Positions 27,254-38,462 of a stretch of DNA of 64,000 nt are shown here, in pieces; positions within the stretch are counted from its first letter, which is position 1, and every line of letters starts with the position of its first letter. The DNA is taken from NCBI GenBank assembly GCA_964016885.1, contig OZ024741.1:154566001-154630000 (forward strand), in the 5' to 3' direction. The notes under the pieces are model-generated. The model saw nothing but the letters and a program-made list of their open reading frames with translations, was not told the DNA's origin and did not search any database. The stretch comes from Eledone cirrhosa (Eukaryota). The position numbers and the translations under genes are program-made.

Positions 27254-30078
27254 AGCGACTGGCCAAATAATTTTGACATTACAATGGGCTCCACTGACTC
27301 CGCGCAGCTAACGGTCTTGGTTGGGATATACATACTTTACGAGATCAGGAGAGAAATACCCAACCTGGGTGGCGGGCTGTACCGAGACGACGCACTCTTC
27401 ACCGTAGTGGACCACAGCACCACAATGGTCGAAAATTTGAAGAGGAGAATTAGGCACTTCTTTAGCAAGGTAGGACTTAAGGTAGAGATGGAACCCAATA
27501 GAAAAGTAGTGAATTTCCTGGACACCACCCTCAACCTCAACACCAAGCTACACCACCTATATCATAAACCCAATGAGAAGATGGTGTATATCAACGCTGG
27601 GTTTAATCACTCTAGATCTATAGTTAAGGCCGTAGTTAAGAGTGTCTCTGACAGGATCTCTAACTTGTCGGCTAATAAAGAGATCTTCAATAGTAACGTT
27701 GATTACTATAACTCAGCGCTAGCTAAGGCGTCCCACAGCCATAGGATCAGCTATAACCCTAAGGGACATGATCGAGATGACCCAAGGGTACCCCGAACCA
27801 ATACCCTCAGGGGCATGAGTCGCCCACCTAATACCTTGGTGACCAGTAGTAGCACTCCCAGACCCCTATCCGTCGCTACCCCACCGGTCTAATACCTACA
27901 ACACTGAAGACCACTGTGCTGCGGAGAATAGGCACCCCTGCACCGGCCCCACCACCCTCCGAACCCCAATTGAGCAGGGAGGCCGCACCTCGCAGGTTTA
28001 TAGCCCCACGGTGGGCCCATATAACCCTCATGATAGTGACTGCTCCACACACCTGAGTGACACCAACCGAGCTCGACCTGAGCTGTGCACAATCACGCAA
28101 TGGCCCACGGCGGACACCCAACAACCCCGCAAGAATAGGACCAGGAAGGTCACATGGTATAACCCTCCGTACTCGGTGGGTCTACGTACCAGCCTGGCTA
28201 GAACATTCTTTAGAGTACTGGATAAATGTTTCCCTCGGGCCCACGAGTACCATAAAATATTCAACAGGCACACGGTGAAACTTTCCTACTCAACCACACG
28301 CTCCGTAGCCCAGCACATAGCTGGCATAAATAGAAATAGGCTCACTGCCTCTAATACCACCGTAAACCCCGGAGCCACCCAACAGAACCAGGGACGCAAC
28401 GGAACCCGGACAGGCCCAACTAGCACACCGGAACCAAACGACCCTGTGCTGATTGCGGAGGCTACCCAGCCAACCCCGAGTGATGGTAACCACGCGGTAC
28501 ATGTGGTGGGGCTTAAGAAGTCATGTAATTGCAGAGACCCATCACTATGCCCCCTTAGTAATGAATGCATGACGAAAAACGTAGTCTACAGGTGCAAGGT
28601 CACAAACCCTAGCTCGGAGCACCACTACATAGGATCCACAGCGACGAGCTTCAAAGATCGGTGGTATAACCATCGCCATTCCTTTAACAGAATAGTTAAG
28701 CGGAAATGTACGGCCCTTTCTGAATTGATCTGGAAGCTCAAACTTGAAAAGACCCCGCACTCTCTGGTCTGGTCCGTGGTTAGAAAGGTTCCCCCAGATA
28801 GAGGCAGGTCTGGTATTTGCAACCTCTGTCTTAGTGAGTCACTCGAGATTCTTCATGGCGGAACCAAGCTATTAAACAGAAGGGCCGACTTATTCGGTGC
28901 CTGCAGACACCTAAGGACGGGAACTTTCTTCAAGCTATATGGATAAACCACGGTTACGACCTCCCACAACGTTCCCCCTGTAGGTCCCCTACACCCCGTA
29001 CCAATGACCAATGGACAACAACAACCACCCATAGTTTGTGGTCCCTATGGTGGATGGTCCACCGGATCCTCTACTGGTTAGGAGTCATCAACACCACGTT
29101 TTATTGAACCTGATTTTATATATATATATCATGTGTATATATATATATATTTTATATGTGTATATATGTGTATTATATATATATGTATGTATATATATGT
29201 ATATATTTTATATATATATATATGTATATGTATGTGTATTTTATATATATATATGTATGTATGTTTTATGTGTGTATATATTTTATGTATATATATATAT
29301 TTTATATATATGTATGTTCTGTGTATATATATATATATTATATATATATATATATATATACTTGTGCGTACATACATATATATATATATACACACCTGTA
29401 TGGATTTGTGTGTGTAGATGTGTGAGTGTCTGATGGGGTAGGTGTGAGTGTATGTACAAGTCAACCAGCATAAACCTTTTATTTCTAAATTTTCTAAACT
29501 ATCTTGTATTGGATTATAACCAATATTTTAAGTATTACCACCCCACATTTTGTATGTGTGGATGTGTGTGTGTGTCTGTGGAGGTGGGTGTGAGTGTACG
29601 TGCAAGCCAACCTACATAAGTCTTTTTATTTGTAAATTTTCTACTCTAACCATAAATTTCAGTAGCACCACTCCACATAAATTCCTCAATTTAAGAATGA
29701 CACCTTAATTGAATATATATCTGACCAGGAATGCTTTTTGTGAAAATCAGTCATATGGAACTATTGTCATCTTGCCTGACGGTTTGAACTTTACAACACC
29801 ACCTGCCTCTTTGAGGTCCAATACCGACCCCACTACCATCTACAAACTGACCAATGAGAATCAAGACTATTCCTGGTGACAACATTAAATTATTCCTAAC
29901 AAGCTCATATGTCCCAAGGCTCTGATACCATCAACACTATAAACACAGAGCTGGCATATCTAAGAACTGACTAACTGCCTGATGAGGTCATAGCCATTCA
30001 ATGGCTATCATAGAAATATATATAGCAGTAAATAAAGGATTATGAGTTCATGCAATTGACTTATGTTTCGTCACTATA
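27252..30078 (+). mobile_element. 5'-truncated Naiad-type PLE: RT C-half (27252-27892), linker and GIY-YIG (28011-28946), 3' UTR, HHR 29974-30029
   Basis: FDITMGS, GGLYRDD, VNFLD; RKVTWYNPPYS, CNC..CPL..C, VVY..YIGST, CNLCLSE; ACTGC-CTGATGA-..TAGCCATT/AATGGCTA..-GAAA-TATATA-TA-GCAGT. Confidence 0.92.
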
Positions 30079-30366
30079 TATATAACCTGATAGGGCTTCT
30101 AGCCCCATATTTACCCCCCCCCCCCACACACACACGCACGCGCACACACACACGCTTACACCTCCACTTATTCTCTCTCACACATACACACACATAACCA
30201 GTTCTAACACCAGATAACACCTATCCCCCACATTTACGAATAGACTTATCTTCTCACACTCACACACACACACTCACATACTTACACCTTCATGCATTCT
30301 CCCACACACTTATACAGGCATGTATATAAAATATATAAAAAAAAAAACCTTAAACAAACCCCTTTT

Positions 30367-30690
30367 AAAGGGAGACTACTCTTTATCCACCTAATTTTAA
30401 CTCTTTGACATTAGAGATAGAACAGATACTCTATACTATTTCCTGTCAGCATGGCTTGGCAAGATATTTAGAACGCTGGTTTGAGACATTTATTTCCCTC
30501 TGAAGAAGAGATATTATCTCGAAAATTAAGGACATTTAAATAAATCTAAGGTAAAGGACGAATTGTCAACAATATCTTTTACAATTGCATTCTTTTTTCT
30601 ATGTCCATACCTGCATTGTTTTGGCTTTATTACACATATTCAAACGTTTATACCTCATTACACAATGCTTCATGTGAACTATAACCTCCT

Positions 30691-30692
<2 letters not shown>
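30367..30692 (+). mobile_element. PLE-end module family C with a minimal HHR (about 30496-30531)
   Basis: CCT-CTGAAGA-AGAGATA TTATCTC-GAAA-AT-TA-AGG; second copy at 37507-38011. Confidence 0.7.
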
Positions 30693-30751
<59 letters not shown>

Positions 30752-30762
30752 GTATATATATA

Positions 30763-31280
30763 TTAGAAATTAGAAATTATAAGCTTTCACCGTATTTTAG
30801 ACTGATAGTGGGGTTTATAACCCTTGGAGAAAATGGAAAAAGATGAGTGTTACCGTACATGGGAGTCGAACCCACATCTTTGGTTATCCAGACCACTGTG
30901 CTACCATTACACCAATACACATCCCATCTCCTTCCATTCGAATTAGAAGCTATGAACTTAGCAAGTGAATGATAAACAAGCAAATTATAAACGTAAACAT
31001 GTAAACATGTAAGTATGTTTTTGAAACGGTACGCGAGTTTGAAATTAGAAATTAAAAATTATAAGCTTTCACCGTATTTTAGACTAAAGAAATTTCTAGC
31101 CTGATAGTGGGGTTTATAACCCTCGGAGAAAATAGAAAAAGTATAATGGTGTAATGGTAGCACAGTGGTCTGGATAACCAAAGATGTGGGTTCGACTCCC
31201 ATGTACGGCAACACTCATCTTTTTCCATTTTCAACGAGGGTTATAAACCCCACTATCAGGCTAAAAATTTCTTTAGTCTG
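30763..31280. mobile_element. Direct-plus-inverted repeat module containing two opposed tRNA-like heads (30851-30922 minus; 31141-31209 plus)
   Basis: TGGTGTAATGGTAGCAC (A box) and GGTTCGACTCC (B box); anticodon-arm-like TGGT-CTGGATA-ACCA. Confidence 0.7.
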
Positions 31281-31327
31281 CAATTTCCACAGTTGAAAAT
31301 TGCAAACTTGAATGTCACCACACATTA

Positions 31328-31366
31328 TGAACCTGAAGGTTGCGAAAGCATGAAAGTACTTGTTCA
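31328..31366 (+). ncRNA. Minimal hammerhead ribozyme motif
   Basis: TGAAC-CTGAAGG-TTGC GAAA GCAT-GAAA-GTAC-TT-GTTCA. Confidence 0.6.
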
Positions 31367-31774
31367 ATTAACACGTAACATTCTATCATATTATTTCATT
31401 ATAATACCATTATAAATTTTAAAGGATTGTAAATAAAACGAGTAAATCAGACTAAGTTGGAATTCCTCTTATTAATATAATCTTCTATACACAATCATAC
31501 ACACCCGTGTATATTTATCTATCTATCTATCTATATGAAAGAATAATCTAGCTGTCGTCTGTTCTACAGTGTGGATGTCATTCACTTCGCACAGAAGTTT
31601 TGTTCAAATTTATTGACGAAATTTTGTGAGTTCAAACTTAATTTTGATACAATTGTGTAGCTTGACCCTCCGTCTGAACTGTCAGGCGGTGGGTCAGCTC
31701 ATCTTTACCCCTCCTAGAGGTGAAAAACCTGTTTTAAAAAATTTTGTGTAAAAAATTTCAATCGTCTAACAGAA

Positions 31775-33721
31775 ATGTTAAACGCAGCGAACGAAAATAG
31801 TGGTGGGGGGACAGCGGTAAGAGTTGTAAGCTCGCACGCTTTCGTCCTCCCTTCCTTCCCAACTAACGTCATAGAGAAGGAAGGAAAAATTAAAATAAAA
31901 ACAGACGAATCTGCGGAGAAAAAATTAAATGACGAAAACACAAATCTGGACTTGGATTCCAACAACGAAAAAAAAAAATGTGAAAAATTGCATGACAATA
32001 CTAATAACACAAACAAAGACACAACAAACACAAAAATAACAGTTGAAAATAACACCATATCAGAAAACAAAGCAGACGACAAGATTTCATTTGCACAGAA
32101 AACAAAGAAATCTTTGACTTATATAGCGGAAAACATTTCAGATGTGGTACGAAGGATCACGGACGCCAAACAATACATAAGTGAAGGAGAGAATGGTATT
32201 TTATCGGTAAAAATGCCTCAAGAATTCACGAAAGACATTGAAAGCCGAACGGTCAAGTTTCGGACCATCAACAACAGTACAAAAAAACCTGAACAGCCTT
32301 CTCAAGCAGATATCAAAACAGTACTCACAGAAGTACTTAATGAAACCACTTTCATAAGAAAAGACAGACTGTATGGAAGCCTAGCAATTATCATGAAGAA
32401 CGAATCGGCGGCAAAAAAATGTGCTTTGTCACCGATTCGTTCGAAAAATTTCACCTTTTATCCATCTTATATGGGGAAAAGAACTCAACGCATATGGCTG
32501 GATGCAATGATGCCAGATGTGGACTACTGCTGGCTCATAGCTGGCTTCATCGATCCAGTGAATGACAACGTGATTTCCATTGGGAAAACCACAGGCAATG
32601 CGTTCAGTGGAACAGGTATAGAGCTGGTAGTACAAATGAAGCCTGAACGCATCGCCCAAATACCCGACAGAATCCTATTAGAGGACCACGGGTATATAAA
32701 CATTAGCGTGGCGAGGAGAAGGCCGTCCTGCCATATCTGTGCAGGCAGAGGGCACCTGAAGGCCGCTTGTCCCCAACTCAACAAAAAGAAAACCCTGCTA
32801 CCAACACCAGCTCCACCACCACCACCACAACAGATAAACAAACAACAAAACTCAGTCCCACCCAACCCGTCCCTCAGTAAAACCACAACACCACCACAAC
32901 ACAAACAGTCACAACACATTACCCCAAAACAAAATACAGGCCCACCCAACCTCTCACTCAATAAAACAACACAACCACCGCAGACACAACACACAACACA
33001 GTCTAACATAGTGACATCCATCTCCCCCACAAAGAAAACCAACACGGAAACATTACCAGCAAACATACCTCTTCCCTCCAACACTGAAGATAACCCAACG
33101 AATTCGGAGGAAGAAACGGAGTCCTTTAGACAGATTAAAAGGAAAAAAAGAAAACATGTGCAAAACACACAAGGACAAACAACCCCCACCCAAATCTCAA
33201 CACAATCCAACAAAACAGAAAACACCCCTCCAGCAACAAACAAAACAAAACCTGCCCCTCCCCTCTTCGAAACACTCACACCATCCGAAAAAAAGACATT
33301 ACACTATACTTACATCAACAGAAACAATAATAAATTAAATGAGCTCATATACAATAATCCTTCGGTACAAACCGAAGGTGTAAACTTTGTTTCGTCAGAA
33401 AACTACCCACATTTAAAACTAATAAAGATCCCAATGAACCTCTACCAAAAACTAAAAAAGGATTTTAAGGAGGACGTAGGACCACCCTCTGTCAAACCCA
33501 TAAACCGCGTCCTACTAAAAAGCTTTCCCCCTCCCCTTCCCCTCCCCAACACAACTCCAAACACCCCAACCCCACCACACACTGACGACCCCACACCACC
33601 ACAAGACACCCCTTCACCAACACCCCCGACCCCATGGAAGTCGTGCAACCCGAACCCCGGGAAGCGGAAAGGTAGGTCTCTACACTCTCCTTTGGCTCTG
33701 CCGCCCACATGGATGTGTTAA
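31775..33721 (+). CDS. Tx1-type ORF1p (648 aa) with one CCHC zinc knuckle and a Pro/Thr-rich C-terminus
   Basis: CHICAGRGHLKAAC; lies upstream of ORF2 and overlaps it by 13 nt. Confidence 0.88.
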   Translation: MLNAANENSGGGTAVRVVSSHAFVLPSFPTNVIEKEGKIKIKTDESAEKKLNDENTNLDLDSNNEKKKCEKLHDNTNNTNKDTTNTKITVENNTISENKADDKISFAQKTKKSLTYIAENISDVVRRITDAKQYISEGENGILSVKMPQEFTKDIESRTVKFRTINNSTKKPEQPSQADIKTVLTEVLNETTFIRKDRLYGSLAIIMKNESAAKKCALSPIRSKNFTFYPSYMGKRTQRIWLDAMMPDVDYCWLIAGFIDPVNDNVISIGKTTGNAFSGTGIELVVQMKPERIAQIPDRILLEDHGYINISVARRRPSCHICAGRGHLKAACPQLNKKKTLLPTPAPPPPPQQINKQQNSVPPNPSLSKTTTPPQHKQSQHITPKQNTGPPNLSLNKTTQPPQTQHTTQSNIVTSISPTKKTNTETLPANIPLPSNTEDNPTNSEEETESFRQIKRKKRKHVQNTQGQTTPTQISTQSNKTENTPPATNKTKPAPPLFETLTPSEKKTLHYTYINRNNNKLNELIYNNPSVQTEGVNFVSSENYPHLKLIKIPMNLYQKLKKDFKEDVGPPSVKPINRVLLKSFPPPLPLPNTTPNTPTPPHTDDPTPPQDTPSPTPPTPWKSCNPNPGKRKGRSLHSPLALPPTWMC

Positions 33722-36700
33722 GAGTAGGATGTTTGAATGCACGTGGCCTGGGCTCAACTTGGAAGCAAGCAAAGCTTCTAAATGACCTCAGGTCATGTAG
33801 TATAAATGTAATGGTTATCTGTGAGACTCGAATCAGCGTCGTGCGGCAGCTGGCCCCCACCTTCGATGACTTTGAGGTGCATGCATCTCTCTGTCAACCT
33901 GGAGGTGGGGGTGGGGTTGTCGTACTGCTGCAAAAACACCTGGGTCTTGCCGTACAGGTTGTGCACTCGGACCCGGAGGGTCGTTTGTTGGTGCTAGACG
34001 TTGGCAGTAGTGAAAGTGCGGCCTTGAGACTGGTCGCCGTCTACTCCCCTTTCGGAGCTGAACGGCCCGACTTCTTCCAGCGTTTGGAGACTTTTCTGGG
34101 AACGTCGCGTTCCCTGCTTCTAGCGGAGGATTGGAATGACATCCTGGATGCACGTTGGGACTATGCAGGAGCATGTCCTAATAGAGGGGGGTGTAACAGC
34201 CTCAAGGGGTTACTCGACCGTTTTAACTTGGTCGATAGATATCGACTAGATTTTCCAACTGTGCCTACCTGGACTTGGAGAAACCACAGTGGTCAATCTA
34301 GATCGTACTTAGATAGATTCTTAGTTAGAAGTAAGGATAGGGACATATTAAGCTGTCCAGAAATGCGCACGGTTGGCTACACGGATCACAAATTAGTGAC
34401 CTGCGTGGTCAATCTCGAGAAAACACATAGACAGGGTCCCGGTTACTGGAAACTTAATTTGTCTTTACCGGCAAAAGAGACTTACAGAAACCGGATTAGC
34501 AGATTAGTTAAGGAGAGGTTGACGGGTGCAATCGTCAACAACCGATGGTGGGCATCTCTCAAAAGAGAGATTAGAACAGGATCAATAAGTTATAGCAAGA
34601 TGTTAGCTGCCGATAGGAATAGAAACGAGAAAGAATTAACAGGTAAATTAGAAGAGGCAATCAAGAGCGAAGATGTGGCCAGAGTGCTGGCATCGAGGAC
34701 GGCCTTGAACCAGTTTTTCGATGCAAAGCACGAAGGCTGCGTCATTCGAAGTAAAATACGTGCTCTAGGTAATGAGGGGGCCAAAGCCGTTGGATGGGCC
34801 CGCGTGACAGAAGCTAAGAGTGGAAATCGATCCACCATCCGGTCGTTGCAAGACGAAGATGGACGGGTGATCCGGGAGCCTAAGCAGATGTGCGAGGCCT
34901 TTCAAAGGCACTTTGCCCGATTGTTCGGGGGAGGCGAGGGTCCGGGCGGGGGCGTGGATTTCGGTCCATACCTCGACGGCCTGCCGCGTCTCTCGAACGA
35001 AGAGGCAGAGTCCTGCGAGGGACCAATCTCGGCTGATGAGATCGGAGATGCGCTGAGCCAATGCAGCAGACGCAAATCTCCAGGTCTCGATGGTATACCT
35101 TACGAACTTTATTTAGCAATGCCGGTCTTCTTCTCCGAACTCCTCGAAGCGGTCTACTGCAATTGGCAGCAGAACAGGAGAATTCCTTGTTCTGTAGCCA
35201 AGGGCGTAGTCACGCTGGTGAGGAAGGACGAGAACAAGGGGGATAGTATAAATAATTTTCGGCCCATAACCCTGCTAAACACAGAGTTAAAGATTTTGGC
35301 CAAGGTGTTAGCAAAGAGGTTGGCGCTTGTCGTGGATGGCCTGGTGGGAGATGCGCAGACATGTGCTATCCCATCCAGGTCCATTCACGATAACCTCCAC
35401 CTCATGCGATACATCATAGAGAGGGTTGGCAACAAACCCGGCTTCGGTGGGGCCCTGATCAACTTGGATCAGTCTAAGGCCTTCGATAGGGTCGACCATG
35501 GTTACCTGGATGCGGTGCTAGCGGCGGCTGGGTTCGGTCCTGTTTTCAGAGGCTGGATCACTGCCCTACATAGCAACCACATCTGTTCTAGGATCAAGGT
35601 GAACGGCTACCTTTCGAAGCCGTTCGAAATCACACGATCCATTCGACAGGGGTGCCCTCTCTCCTCCCTTCTGTACGTATTGACTCTCGAGCCTTTACTG
35701 AGGAAGTTGGAGTTGTTGCAGGGTATCCCCCTGGAACCAGGATTGAGCAAAGCGGTGTCGGCCTACGCCGATGACGTAACAGTAATGGTATCAACCGACT
35801 CGGAGATCGAGGCGATCGGTACTTTACTGGAGGAGTACGAAAGGTTGTCAGGAGCGAAACTGAACCGGGAAAAATCCATCGGGCTGCAACTCGGAACGTG
35901 GAGAGGCAGACCGATGCCTCCTGACGGTGTCGTCGGACACTGGACGGAGGGCCCGGTAAAGTTGCTTGGGGTCTGGTTTGGACCGGACCTCCAGGTGGAA
36001 AAGAACTGGAACGAGGTTACGAACAAGGTGTTTGCACTAACCCAGAAATGGGCCAAGTGTAAGCTGTCCCTAAAAGGCCGGGCGGAGGTGGCGAACATTT
36101 ACATAGCGTCCGTCACTTACTACCGCCTGACTGTCGTGCCTTGCCCTAAGGAAACACTCACCACCATGGAACGCATGCTCTTCCAATTTCTTTGGAAGAA
36201 GCGTCCTCCTATGGTGAGAAGATCCATCTGCTGCCAACAATCTTCGAAAGGAGGGCTGGGGATGCCGTGGTTGATGATGCGTAGGCACGCATTAAGGCTA
36301 CGGCACCTACAGGTATTCCTCACTGGTCAACCGGTGTGGGCTCCGTTCGTGAAACGAGCCTTTCCGAGACTCGTCTCGCTCACCGAGCTACAGTCCTGGG
36401 TCAAGCAAAGATCCGGAAAACTGGGAGACTGGCACACTGAGTGTGCTCAGGCGCTCAGGGCTCTCTGGCAAGCGGGCCAGGCCATCGGTGGAGAATCCAC
36501 CTCAGCATTCTATAGAGGGCTGGTGGCTAGCAGGGGCGATGACACCCTTGGAGAGTCGCTGGACATGGAAGAAGACGAACTGGCCAGCCTGTTCGGTAGG
36601 ACTTTCGGCCCAGGACCAATGGACAACTTCCAGAAGTCACTGGCCTGGCAGTGCTACCGGGGGGCTCTACCCGTTCGAGAGAGGCTCTACAGACACGGGC

Positions 36701-37146
36701 GCCCGGGCAGGGATCCCTCAAAAAAGATTTGCCCTAGATGCGTGCATCACGAAGAAACCGTTGCGCATGCATTGGTGCAATGTCCGGGCGTGGCTGATCT
36801 GTGGGGCTACGCCGAACGACTGCTGTCGCGGGTGGCGCCGATTAAATTGACCGCCGAGTCCGTGATGACAATCAAACCGCCTCCCCTCTTCACAAAGGAA
36901 GCAAAGGCGGTTTTTCTGTGCGTAATAGCCATGTTGAAAGAGGTTGTTTGGTGGACACGATTGAAAGGTCTGAGGTCAGGCAACTTCCTCTCTGGCCAGA
37001 GTCTTGTCTACTTCTTCCGATATCACTTCGGAAGAAGGATAAGAATGGAGAGAGAGGTGCTTGGCCACAGGCAGTTTTATGAAAGGTGGGTGATAGTGGC
37101 GAGAATGGCTCGTGTAAATGGGCCTTCTCTGTATACCATCCTGTAG
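33709..37146 (+). CDS. Tx1-type ORF2p (1145 aa): APE endonuclease, RT and C-terminal Cys/His motif
   Basis: LNARGL, ICET, (E)DWN, SYLDR, TDH, GPGYWKLN, KSPGLDG, FRPITLLN, DQSKAFDRV, RQGCPLS, YADD, KGGLG, CPRC..ETVAHALVQC. Confidence 0.96.
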   Translation: MDVLRVGCLNARGLGSTWKQAKLLNDLRSCSINVMVICETRISVVRQLAPTFDDFEVHASLCQPGGGGGVVVLLQKHLGLAVQVVHSDPEGRLLVLDVGSSESAALRLVAVYSPFGAERPDFFQRLETFLGTSRSLLLAEDWNDILDARWDYAGACPNRGGCNSLKGLLDRFNLVDRYRLDFPTVPTWTWRNHSGQSRSYLDRFLVRSKDRDILSCPEMRTVGYTDHKLVTCVVNLEKTHRQGPGYWKLNLSLPAKETYRNRISRLVKERLTGAIVNNRWWASLKREIRTGSISYSKMLAADRNRNEKELTGKLEEAIKSEDVARVLASRTALNQFFDAKHEGCVIRSKIRALGNEGAKAVGWARVTEAKSGNRSTIRSLQDEDGRVIREPKQMCEAFQRHFARLFGGGEGPGGGVDFGPYLDGLPRLSNEEAESCEGPISADEIGDALSQCSRRKSPGLDGIPYELYLAMPVFFSELLEAVYCNWQQNRRIPCSVAKGVVTLVRKDENKGDSINNFRPITLLNTELKILAKVLAKRLALVVDGLVGDAQTCAIPSRSIHDNLHLMRYIIERVGNKPGFGGALINLDQSKAFDRVDHGYLDAVLAAAGFGPVFRGWITALHSNHICSRIKVNGYLSKPFEITRSIRQGCPLSSLLYVLTLEPLLRKLELLQGIPLEPGLSKAVSAYADDVTVMVSTDSEIEAIGTLLEEYERLSGAKLNREKSIGLQLGTWRGRPMPPDGVVGHWTEGPVKLLGVWFGPDLQVEKNWNEVTNKVFALTQKWAKCKLSLKGRAEVANIYIASVTYYRLTVVPCPKETLTTMERMLFQFLWKKRPPMVRRSICCQQSSKGGLGMPWLMMRRHALRLRHLQVFLTGQPVWAPFVKRAFPRLVSLTELQSWVKQRSGKLGDWHTECAQALRALWQAGQAIGGESTSAFYRGLVASRGDDTLGESLDMEEDELASLFGRTFGPGPMDNFQKSLAWQCYRGALPVRERLYRHGRPGRDPSKKICPRCVHHEETVAHALVQCPGVADLWGYAERLLSRVAPIKLTAESVMTIKPPPLFTKEAKAVFLCVIAMLKEVVWWTRLKGLRSGNFLSGQSLVYFFRYHFGRRIRMEREVLGHRQFYERWVIVARMARVNGPSLYTIL

Positions 37147-37386
37147 GTAAAGAAGTAAAGGAGAGGGGAGCACCTTCTCCATGTGCTCCCCGGGCAAAGG
37201 ATTGCACACTTTTTCGGGGGTGTGTGCAACCCCCGTCACGTCCCCTCCCTTTTGAGGTTATTTTCGATTATTTTCATGTTACACCCTTTTTACTCGATTA
37301 TATGTAAACTCCCCCTTTGTATTTGTCCCTTCTTTTTATGCCTTTATGGTAAATAAAGAAATCTATCTATCTATATGAAAGAAACA

Positions 37387-38011
<625 letters not shown>

Positions 38012-38120
38012 ATATATATATATATGTATATATGTATATATATATATGTATATATATATATATGTATATATGTATATATATATGTATATATGTATATATG
38101 TATATATATGTATATGTATA

Positions 38121-38169
<49 letters not shown>

Positions 38170-38290
38170 GTATAAATATGTGTATATATATATGTATATA
38201 TATATATATGTATATATATGTGTATATATATATGTATATATATATATATAATGTATATATATATGTATATATATGTGTATATATATATGT

Positions 38291-38388
<98 letters not shown>

Positions 38389-38401
38389 GTATATATATAT
38401 G

Positions 38402-38459
<58 letters not shown>

Positions 38460-38462
<3 letters not shown>

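Larger units (their letters stand above)
31544..37360 (+). mobile_element. Full-length Tx1/L1-clade non-LTR retrotransposon with a 23-bp TSD
   Basis: ATCTATCTATCTATATGAAAGAA at 31521-31543 and 37361-37383; two open ORFs; AATAAA at the 3' end. Confidence 0.93.

Noticed and set aside
30851-31209. Functional tRNA genes
   Set aside because: Weak acceptor stem, a pyrimidine at position 37, and location inside an inverted repeat module; treated as tRNA-derived.
32429-37307. Antisense and alternative-frame ORFs within the Tx1 element and other LINEs
   Set aside because: Shadow ORFs without recognisable motifs.
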